Source: an uncultured Nitrososphaeraceae archaeon (GTDB lineage: Archaea; Thermoproteota; Nitrososphaeria; Nitrososphaerales; Nitrososphaeraceae). From it: DNA of 64,000 nt. Of the stretch, positions 12,432-20,620 are shown piece by piece. The notes under the pieces were generated by a model that did no database searches, was not told the origin of the DNA, and worked only from the letters and a program-made list of their open reading frames with translations. Position 1 is the first letter of the stretch. Every line of letters starts with the position of its first letter. Both the position numbers and the translations under genes were made by a program. Where the stretch lies: NCBI GenBank assembly GCA_963837175.1, contig CAWIMJ010000039.1:32001-96000 (forward strand). The letters run 5' to 3'.

Positions 12432-12628
12432 GATGGCTACATATGATGATAAGTTGTTTTGAACAGGGTAAGATAAGGGAATATTGGGAAAGTGACCTTG
12501 AATTAGAGAAATGGTTTGATCCTGCCTTCGAGGAATTTATCAATAAGAAATTGATTCCTACAATTAAAAAATAAGGGAGCCTAAGCCGTGGCATTAGTAA
12601 ATAATAATAATAATAATGATAATGTCCA

Positions 12629-13087
12629 TCAATCCCAACCGGCTATATCTTTTTCTGCAATCATTCTTGTAGGTTTTATTTGTACAAGTACGAGACCTTC
12701 CTCGCTATTTCTTCTACCATATGCTTCTGCATTCCTTTTTCCCATATATCGTTCTGCTATTTTAGTAGCCCATTTTAAAACCTCCTTTTGTTTGTAAGGG
12801 TGTATTTTTGCAGTGCCAAATATTGTTACAAAGGAAAATGGCGGTATTTGATCATCGACGCAAATACTTACTCTATTATCTCGCCGAATATTCTGTGCTT
12901 TGACTGATGTGTCACCAGTGGTTAAAATGATATCTCCTATTTTATCTCTACCACTATTCCTGTTATCTAATACAAACCAAATTGGAACAACATGAGAACT
13001 TCCATCTTTCTTAACTGTAGCTAGCTTTCCTGTGAAGGTACTTTGCATAAGGAATCTTCCAATTTCAGCTTTGGACATTTCTGTCAT
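12629..13087 (-). CDS. PPOX class F420-dependent oxidoreductase
   Basis: GKLATVKKDGSSHVVPIWF...KAQNIRRDNRVSICVDD. Confidence 0.88.
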   Translation of the reverse strand: MTEMSKAEIGRFLMQSTFTGKLATVKKDGSSHVVPIWFVLDNRNSGRDKIGDIILTTGDTSVKAQNIRRDNRVSICVDDQIPPFSFVTIFGTAKIHPYKQKEVLKWATKIAERYMGKRNAEAYGRRNSEEGLVLVQIKPTRMIAEKDIAGWD

Positions 13088-13539
13088 TGTTGTTGTTCAT
13101 TAATCAGAATGAACAGGAAGTTATTATATACATGGTATTAATTGATTAGCATTTGTTAAATAAAATTGAGTATTAACAGTGGAATTGAGTATGTTGCGAT
13201 ATGCATTGTCATATGAACAAATGAATGAATATTCAGCCATTTGTCCTTTCCAATGAATCACAAATTTTTGTCACTAATTGACATCTTTTCTAATGAGTGG
13301 AAAATATTTCCTATTCTAAATTCTTTTTCCAAATATTATATTAATAGCAATGTCTCCTTGTAGTCGCTTTATGTAACTATCTTATCTTTTTAGATTATTT
13401 ACTACTATTATTTCATCCATGGATTTTTATTTCCTATCACAGTGTTATTCGATAAACTACTTGCAAGTTTACCTTGCCGAAGAAGATTATCTATAGTTTT
13501 CATTATTATTTCATCACTATATACAATCCAGTAATATCC

Positions 13540-13785
13540 ACCAACTAAGTGTTGTTTTAAGCTTGTATAAGATACTTTCTAGAAAGGCTAGTGCGCTCAG
13601 GAGAGGAGGCTTCTGCCATCATGCCCCTCTTAGTAGACATAAACAATACAAATTACAGGTGGTGGTAATCCTAGCAGTGTAGTATTTGAGCCAAGACCCA
13701 TTGGAGTATTTCTATGCTATTCATATATTGTCTATATGTGCTCTATTAAGACTTCTATGTATGTCCTCTTTCTTTGAATCATGAT
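13540..13785 (-). pseudogene. EIETLQWVL-family remnants, copies B and B' in tandem
   Basis: KKEDIHRSLNRAHIDNI* / IEILQWVLAQIL (13670-13785), followed by the N-terminal fragment PPLLSALAFLESILY (13560-13640). Confidence 0.55.
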
Positions 13786-13880
13786 TGTCTAACAATAACT
13801 AAGACAGATCGATATTGATTATTGTTACTATTATTTGTTCACAAATATCAATATCTAATATTGAGTAAATATTATTTTAG

Positions 13881-14603
13881 ATGTATTCTAGGAAAGTAAT
13901 AAAAGTAGCAGTAGTTGTTTTGTCCGGATTTGTAACACTGTTATTTTTATTTTTATTTTCAGTTACCATCAGCACAAGCACTCTGCATCAACAAGAAGCA
14001 TCAGCATTTTTCCATGAAAAATTATTTGGAGATATCAGCAGTAGTAATAATGCTGCTAGCGCTCAACTTACAACTGACGTTAATCTTACCACAAATGCAT
14101 CTACGACTACTACTGCCACTTCCAAACAGAATGGAACTCCAGCTGATGATAATTTAAGAGGTTCAGATCAAAATGATGTTATAGTAGGTCTTGCTGGAAA
14201 TGATATAATTACAGGACAAGCAGGAGACGACAATATTGATGGTTCTGAAGGAATGGATTATATAATTGCTGGCCCAGGCAATGATGCTCTTGTTGGTGGA
14301 GCTGGAATTGATGTAATTGAAGGTAATGCAGGAGACGACAATATTGATGGTTCTGAAGGAAATGATTACTTGATTGGTGACCAAGGTGCGGATACTCTTA
14401 AAGGCGCAGCTGGCAATGATACTCTAATTGGTGGTCCAGGGGCTGATACTCTTTCTGGCGGCCTAGGCCAGGATAAGTTTATCTGTGGTCAAGGAAAAGA
14501 CACAATTTTAGATTTTCAGGCTAGTGAAGGTGATAGTAGAACAATTGACTGCGAAGCCGCAACTACTGTTGCTACCACTAATAATAACAACATAACAGGC
14601 TAA
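13881..14603 (+). CDS. secreted hemolysin-type (RTX) calcium-binding repeat protein
   Basis: N-terminal TM/signal, Thr-rich linker and many GxxGxDx(I/L)x nonapeptides. Confidence 0.88.
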   Translation: MYSRKVIKVAVVVLSGFVTLLFLFLFSVTISTSTLHQQEASAFFHEKLFGDISSSNNAASAQLTTDVNLTTNASTTTTATSKQNGTPADDNLRGSDQNDVIVGLAGNDIITGQAGDDNIDGSEGMDYIIAGPGNDALVGGAGIDVIEGNAGDDNIDGSEGNDYLIGDQGADTLKGAAGNDTLIGGPGADTLSGGLGQDKFICGQGKDTILDFQASEGDSRTIDCEAATTVATTNNNNITG

Positions 14604-14734
14604 TAAACGATTACTCTTCTCTAGGATCCATGTTGGTCTTTCTTCTTCTTCTGTCATAGTATAGTTCGCACACGTATCGGTAATAAATGGAAAAGAATGA
14701 CCCATAGAAGAACAAAAATAATATTATTAAAATT

Positions 14735-15075
14735 CTATGATAATCTGGCTGCGATCATTGTCAAGCCACATTCAAAGACCTCTTTGAATACAGATATATC
14801 ATCAGCAGAATTATTTGATGTCTCTGGAAAATAGTATAACAGGCTATCACCAGTATTCTTAATTATAGTTGCATTAAAGTCTCTAATGATAGCTTCCATT
14901 GTATTGATAAATATCTAATAATATCTTCTAATTTTTTCTGCCTCATTTATTTCAGTTGTAGTAATCCTGGTAGAATCTACTACTATATCAATAAACGACA
15001 CACAACAGTTTTGTGAACTCCCTGTAAATGATATTTCTTCACCATATATAATTAGTATTTTCAATTCACAGACAT
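14735..15075 (-). pseudogene. class III adenylate/guanylate cyclase N-terminal fragment
   Basis: EEISFTGSSQNCCVSFIDIVVDSTRITT...IRRYY*IFINTM...IIKNTGDSLLYYFP carries both metal-binding Asp motifs; in-frame stop and truncation. Confidence 0.78.
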
Positions 15076-15254
15076 TATATACTACAAGATAATAAAAAAT
15101 GCGGTGCTATTACAGATAACATACGATATAGGCATCAAGCTTTTTAGAATATAAACTAAAGGTATTATTATATTGTATAAAAATAAAGAAATAAAATCCA
15201 CATTAAAGAAATGAGACTTTCTAGGAGTTAAACAAAATCCACTTAACAAAGTCA

Positions 15255-15396
15255 TCACTTTGGTTCCGACACGATACCTAATATCTTATCACATTTCTTG
15301 CATGAGTAAATACGCAGTACCATTAGGAACGACTATTGCTTCTGTATTACATCCATTTATGGCAATATCGAATTCACAACTTAGACATTTCGCCAT
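15255..15396 (-). CDS. small zinc-ribbon microprotein with one frameshift
   Basis: MAKCLSCEFDI...AY / YSCKKCDKILGIVSEPK*, two CxxC motifs. Confidence 0.5.
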
Positions 15397-15479
15397 ACTA
15401 TTTTTTGGTTTTAGTTAGATATTATATAAAGTATTCTAAGCATCCGAGGGTACACAAATTCTGAAATCTCTCTTCTCAC

Positions 15480-15716
15480 TAGTAATGGTACCGCACCTCC
15501 TCCTAGCCATCTTCTGATACTAAGACTCTCTGATAGCACTCATTGCAATGTCTGTATCTTTGTCCATATCTTGTCTGTTACGGCTCTTTCAGTCGCCTTG
15601 TGCATCTCTTCTTTCTTCTTGGCGATTCTGTTATGCAACATGTCCTCGAGTGTTTTTAATGGCAGTCGCCATGGGGATGCTGCTCCTCCTTCCTCTGATT
15701 TTCCTTGGATATGCGG
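15480..15716 (-). pseudogene. EIETLQWVL-family microprotein, copy C (nearly complete)
   Basis: PWRLPLKTLEDMLHNRIAKKKEEMHKATERAVTDKIWTKIQTLQ*VLSESLSIRRWLG, with TGG changed to TGA. Confidence 0.75.
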
Positions 15717-15798
15717 ACAAGATTTGTATATGATAGTGAAAAAATATTATTCTATCAAACAAGATAAAAAAAATTGTTACATACTAGACCTAAGGTAA

Positions 15799-16698
15799 CT
15801 AATCTAATTTGAAGAAAAAAGTTAGCCAATGCGTATTATTATGTAAAAGTTTCCAACAGCAGCATTCCTCACAAGAACAATTAGGACACTCTTTCGAAGA
15901 GTTACTATATTTACAGTTTATTGGATAGCATTCACAATCAGCACAAAATCTGATCTGTAGTATATAATTAAGTAATTTATAACTGAATTGTGTTATATAT
16001 CTTGAGGAATACCTAAATTTTTTTCGTAATACTAAAGCAACAATTGAAGTCCCAACAAAAGTAGCTGTCCAATATAGCCACAAGTCATTTACCATTCCGG
16101 ACAGCAAAGCAGGAGCTAAAGAACGAGCTGGATTCATAGAAGCACCAGATATAAATGCTAAAAAGAATATGTCTAAACCAACCATGCCTCCTATAGCAAT
16201 CGCTCCAAAACCTTTCAATCCTTTTGTATAAACTACTATTAGGATAACAGCCATAAGAAGAGCAGACGCGATTATTTCAACTCCAAAAATTACAGGTAGA
16301 GGAAAAGCATAATTTGGAGCATTAGCTCCTAAATTGGCTTCATTTCCTATAATATATTTTACAAATAGACTTCCTAGTAAAGCACCAATTATCTCAGCAG
16401 TAAAATAGTATATTAATTGAATTTTTGTAATATGTTTAGTAATCATAAATCCAACTGTAACTGCAGGATTAAAATGAGCCATTGAGATTTTTCCAAACAA
16501 GTATACACCCAAGGCTACTCCAACAAAAGGAGCAAAGGCAATAAATGGGATACCTAATATACCATTTGTTTTAGCGTCTAAAACTACAGAACCAGTAGCA
16601 AGAACAACTACTATAAAGGTGCCAATAACTTCAGCTACAAACCTCTTTTGATTCTCAGTTAGATTCTTTGATATCTTGCTTATTAAGCTCTGCTGCAA
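15799..16698 (-). CDS. MIP/aquaporin channel (probable arsenite channel) with Cys-rich C-terminal extension
   Basis: HFNPAVT and GASMNPARSLAP NPA motifs; lies in the ars cluster; tail CADCEC...CPNCSCEECCC. Confidence 0.9.
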   Translation of the reverse strand: MQQSLISKISKNLTENQKRFVAEVIGTFIVVVLATGSVVLDAKTNGILGIPFIAFAPFVGVALGVYLFGKISMAHFNPAVTVGFMITKHITKIQLIYYFTAEIIGALLGSLFVKYIIGNEANLGANAPNYAFPLPVIFGVEIIASALLMAVILIVVYTKGLKGFGAIAIGGMVGLDIFFLAFISGASMNPARSLAPALLSGMVNDLWLYWTATFVGTSIVALVLRKKFRYSSRYITQFSYKLLNYILQIRFCADCECYPINCKYSNSSKECPNCSCEECCCWKLLHNNTHWLTFFFKLD

Positions 16699-17085
16699 GT
16701 TCCCTTACTCTTCTCTCTATCTCATCTCTGATTTCTCTAACTTTCTCTATTGGTTTATCCTTTAGGATCTTCTAGACTCCAGTCTATTACTTTGGGTATA
16801 TACACAGTAGGGCAGTAATTATCGTCCATGCATCCCATATTAACTACTGTAGTGGCATTTCTTATCATATCTTCTGTCAAATCCTTTGATTTTTGTTTGC
16901 TAATATCTATACCTACTTCTTTCATAACTTGTAGTGCTAATGGGATTAATCTCTGAGACAGGCTTGGTTCCTGCACTTAAGGTTGCATATCCTCTAGGAG
17001 CATATTTTCTAAAGAAGCCTTCTGCCATCTGGCTTCGGCCTGCGTTTTCTACACAAACAAACAGAACGGTTTTACCTATTTCTCT
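16655..17085 (-). CDS. arsC: arsenate reductase, LMW-PTP/thioredoxin-coupled type, frameshifted
   Basis: KTVLFVCVENAGRSQMAEGFF (CX5R), SAGTKP, VNMGCMDDNYCP, DWSLEDPKG. Confidence 0.88.
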
Positions 17086-17165
17086 GTTCTTTAGTTTTTA
17101 ATTTACCAAATGAAAATTTCATATTTGTTTAATCTTCCCCTCCTCTATTCTTGTTTTATTACTAC

Positions 17166-17951
17166 TTATTCTTTGATAGCCTTGATAACTAGACTACTAA
17201 TCTTTCTACTATCATTAACTTGTTCGTCTCCTTCGTATATAGCATTTGTCACCTAACACTTCAATATTTGTAAATCCTGCTTTTCTGATACTATTAAGAT
17301 AGTTCTCTTTTGTTAATGCACCATCAATACAACTACACCATTTTTCAGAATCAATTGAGTCCGTCTCCACTTCCTTATCTGTAACTAAATCAGATATTAC
17401 CATTCTTCCTTGACCTTGTTTTAAAATTCTATAAATCTCTTTGAATGTGTTTACTTTATCTGTGGTCAAATTGATAACACAATTACTGATAACTACATCT
17501 GCAGTGTTAGCTTCAATAGGAATTCTTTTGTCAATATCTCCTTTTCTAAATTCAACATTTGTATACCTCCATTATCTTTTGCATTTTTTCTTGCCTTCTC
17601 CAACATCTCATCAGTCATATCAATACCTATTACTTTTCCAGATTCTTTGACTCTATTTGCTGACAAAAATACATCAATTCCTGCACCAGAGCCTAAATCA
17701 ACAACAGTTTCGCCTTCTCTAAGTTGAGCATGATTTAATGGTGCGCCACAACCTACTCCAAGAACTGACGCTTTAGGTATAGATTCTAACTCTTTAGTAT
17801 CATAACCAACAACTGTAGCAGCTTCTATTGGTGAACTTCCTTGGTCATCGCATTCATAAGGAACATAACAACAATTTGAGTTTCCTGTTAATGCAATTTT
17901 GCCATATCTTTCTTTTACTTTTTCTTTTATATCAGCTGTTACTTCTTGCAC
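17166..17951 (-). CDS. arsM: arsenite S-adenosylmethionine methyltransferase, frameshifted
   Basis: VKERYGKIA, NCC, LGVGCGAP, VVDLGSGAGID, VIGIDMTDEML, DVVISNCVINL and WCSCIDGA across three frames. Confidence 0.88.
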
Positions 17952-18015
17952 ATCAATGTTTTACAAATAAAACTATTTAAGTTATCAAGGGAAAATAGGT
18001 AAACTAAGTGCAATT

Positions 18016-18429
18016 ATGGAAAATAATAGAATATTGAAAAATGAACCATTATTACCTGTAATACAACCACAACAAGAAGTTTGTGCTTTCAATGGATATG
18101 ACGCAGATACACTTATGAGAGAAACTGCAAAATTGAGAAAATTGATTACAAAAAGAGGAACACTTGAAATACTAATTCCATTGTGTTGTACTACAAATCC
18201 TGTAAGACATAAACAATTTAAACAAACAATGAAAGGCTTTAGCACAAGGACATTATCCAACAGGCTTAAAGAGTTGGAAAAGAGTGGAATATTGGAAAGA
18301 CAAAGATATAATGAGATTCCTCCAAGAGTTGAATATAGACTTACAAATAAAGGACAGGAACTTGCTGAGTCTGTCATTTATCTTCTGCAATGGATGCAAA
18401 AATGGTCGAAATCGAAGGTAACAAGATAA
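18016..18429 (+). CDS. HxlR-family winged-helix transcriptional regulator
   Basis: STRTLSNRLKELEKSGILERQRYNEIPPRVEYRLTNKGQEL; divergent from arsM. Confidence 0.9.
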   Translation: MENNRILKNEPLLPVIQPQQEVCAFNGYDADTLMRETAKLRKLITKRGTLEILIPLCCTTNPVRHKQFKQTMKGFSTRTLSNRLKELEKSGILERQRYNEIPPRVEYRLTNKGQELAESVIYLLQWMQKWSKSKVTR

Positions 18430-18549
18430 AAAGGACAAAGATAAAAATCTATTTTCATAAAAAATAGTTAAAAATCACATCAACCCATCATATCGAACTC
18501 AAATATATTATATAATAACAAAAATTACAAAATATTCTTCTAATTATTT

Positions 18550-18630
18550 TGTTTTAAGAGTTAGTGATTGAGCCAAGACCCACTGCAATGTCTCTATCTC
18601 TCCATATCTTTTCTGTCTCTGCTATTTCAC
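18550..18630 (-). pseudogene. EIETLQWVL-family remnant, copy D (3' half)
   Basis: EIAETEKIW / EIETLQWVLAQSLTLK. Confidence 0.65.
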
Positions 18631-18835
18631 GGCACGAACACCAGGCGCCCCCGCGGCGAAATACAACGTTTGTAAATTCTCGGCATATTACAGCGCTGGC
18701 ACAAATACCAAGCATGTTATCTACGTTACTTAAGACTACCATCTGCACGATATCACATGGACTCCTGGGAGTGGAACATCGGAGCACTTCAATCTCACGA
18801 CGTTGACTGACCCGCCTCTGCCTCCAGCCGTTGAA
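18630..18835 (+). pseudogene. GC-richer fragment of a lectin-like beta-propeller repeat (PLL/DUF346-like)
   Basis: GAPAA...FSAYYSAGTNTKHVIYVT*DYHLHDITWTPGSGTSEHFNLTT fits the xHVxYxxxDxHLHExWW...xDLT blade pattern. Confidence 0.5.
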
Positions 18836-18956
18836 TATTTAAATAGATTTGCTTAATTTGAAATAAAAATAAAATGTTTTCTTTTCTCCCTTTCTTCACA
18901 ATATATACATTTTAATTCATTTCAGAATAATTAAAGTATGTAGCAGATATTTCAAA

Positions 18957-19152
18957 ATGACTTTCAAGGAAATCCATAAAGTAATAGCCCGAACATACCC
19001 CGAACTATCAGACTCGTCACTACAGCAGCGCAACCGGTACTTTGCTAGATTGAAAGGGAAACCTTTTTGGATTTGGAACGTAGAACAACACAAGGCAGCA
19101 GATAGACAGACAAAAGGGGACTGTTGTTTTCAACACATAATTGGCCTTCCTG
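18957..19152 (+). pseudogene. N-terminal fragment of a terminase-large-subunit-like protein
   Basis: MTFKEI...RLKGKPFWIWNVEQHKAADRQTKGDCCFQHIIGLP resembles N-termini of Nitrososphaerales terminase-like ATPases as I recall them (not verified); the rest of the called ORF is antisense to DUF899. Confidence 0.5.
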
Positions 19153-19869
19153 TTAGCCGTATTCATCATGACGTCGTACCCAGAATTGAGGGAATTCATG
19201 ACCTTCTTCGTCTCTTCCCTTGGGAACCAGGTCTAGATAGTGATACGCCACATTCAACATATCGATACCACGTGCATAAGCTGAATAAGTATGAAACACC
19301 CGACCTGCAGGATCTTTGTAAAATACACTCACTCCCTCTCGCTCTGGAGCTCCAGTATCTTGCAAATTATAGTTATAGAAGGTTTCTTTCTTATCCAACT
19401 CTTCCGGTGTGAATGACACGTCATAATCGAAATTGAAATCTGAGTCATAAGAAGAAACCCACTTGAAATCCCAGCCCATCCGGTTTTCGTATGCAGCCAA
19501 CTTGCTATACGGAGCACGAAAGACAGCTATCATGGTAACGTCCCGTTGGTTCAGGTGCACGATTATTTTATTGAAATTGTCAGCCCAAAAGGAGCAGTGT
19601 AAACATCCTTCCTCCCAGCTTGGATCAAACATAAAATGATAAACTACCAGTTGGCTTCTTCCGTCAAAAAGTTCTGCCAGAGTTTCTTTACCCTTTGACC
19701 CCTCAAAGAGATACTCTTTATTAACTGCCTTCCACGGGAGTTCGCGTCGCTGCTCGTTAAGCTGGCCACGCAATGCGGTAAACTCTTTTTCCTTCTTGAG
19801 AAGCGACTTGCGAGCTTCGATCCATTTTTCCTCGGAAACAATCTTGTGATCTTTTAAGGGGTTAGTCAT
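19153..19869 (-). CDS. DUF899 family thioredoxin-like protein
   Basis: KWIEARKSLLKKEKEFT, LFDGRSQLVVYHFMF, CLHCSFWAD, YHYLDLVPKGRDE, WVRRHDEY; higher GC than the flanks. Confidence 0.92.
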   Translation of the reverse strand: MTNPLKDHKIVSEEKWIEARKSLLKKEKEFTALRGQLNEQRRELPWKAVNKEYLFEGSKGKETLAELFDGRSQLVVYHFMFDPSWEEGCLHCSFWADNFNKIIVHLNQRDVTMIAVFRAPYSKLAAYENRMGWDFKWVSSYDSDFNFDYDVSFTPEELDKKETFYNYNLQDTGAPEREGVSVFYKDPAGRVFHTYSAYARGIDMLNVAYHYLDLVPKGRDEEGHEFPQFWVRRHDEYG

Positions 19870-20152
19870 TATTTTCTCTTCCTCTTTTTGTTCTCCATTT
19901 ATAGCCCGCATCTACAACATTCGTATTCAATGGTTGTTGCTGCTGTAGTATTTGTTTGTTCAAAACGTCTTAACCTTGTAACAACATGATCCACAAGTCC
20001 ATCCGTTACGAGTGCTATTTTCCTTTCTAATTTAATTTTAATTCTCCTCCTTCTATTTCCTTTTCCTTTTCCTCTGCTTTTAAATAATCATTATAATTGT
20101 CGTTATCATTAATTCTTCTTGCTGTATTATTAGCCAGAGCAGTAGCAGTCAT
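19863..20152 (-). pseudogene. chimeric remnant: integrase-like N-terminus plus Zn-ribbon fragment
   Basis: KLERKIALVTDGL resembles N-termini of Nitrososphaerales tyrosine-integrase-like proteins as I recall them; followed by EYECCRCG/YKW. Confidence 0.3.
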
Positions 20153-20318
20153 TCTTTAGTTTCTAACGCTCAATGATGGAAAGTAATCATATATACTCTT
20201 TCATTAAGAGTGTATATCTATGAATATACTTTGGCGATTTCAAGTGCAGATAAATAACATTAGTATTGTTTTAAAGTCCTCTTAATGAATTGAACTAACT
20301 ACTAATAATTTGGGATTA

Positions 20319-20513
20319 TCATGGTACTGTCTCTGCTCTTAGTTCATCACTTCTTGTTATTCCACGTTTATCTTTCTCTGCTTGCAAAGTTTCAGGCGAT
20401 AAGGTTTGGACATGACAGCTGCACTCACATTGATATCGATTATTGTTATCCTCGTCATAGAATTGAGCAATGCAGTTATTATGATCTGCTTTTTCGCAGC
20501 TCTTGGAAATCAT
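20319..20513 (-). CDS. small Cys/His-rich putative metal-binding protein
   Basis: SKSCEKADHNNC...QCECSCH. Confidence 0.55.
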   Translation of the reverse strand: MISKSCEKADHNNCIAQFYDEDNNNRYQCECSCHVQTLSPETLQAEKDKRGITRSDELRAETVP

Positions 20514-20620
20514 ATCGTTACTTATTAACAAAAGTTCACTTCATTTGAATCTATGCATTATATACATATTGAAGAACATACGTCCATCAGCCTTTTAACC
20601 TAATTCCGAAGGGATATATC

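Larger units (their letters stand above)
11093..12574 (+). pseudogene. membrane-anchored hypothetical protein interrupted by an IS5-family element
   Basis: 5' part ends ...VVSDNEWT at ~11416; after the IS the frame resumes (G)WLHMMISCFEQGKIREYWESDLELEKWFDPAFEEFINKKLIPTIKK*. Confidence 0.75.

Noticed and set aside
12597-12625. (aat)n microsatellites here and elsewhere
   Set aside because: Common low-complexity slippage in AT-rich DNA with no evidence of function
14210-14365. Direct DNA repeat gcaggagacgacaatattgatggttctgaagga
   Set aside because: Explained by duplication of RTX nonapeptide units within the gene
18957-19412. 151-aa ORF as a full gene overlapping DUF899
   Set aside because: Beyond ~19152 it is simply the antisense of DUF899
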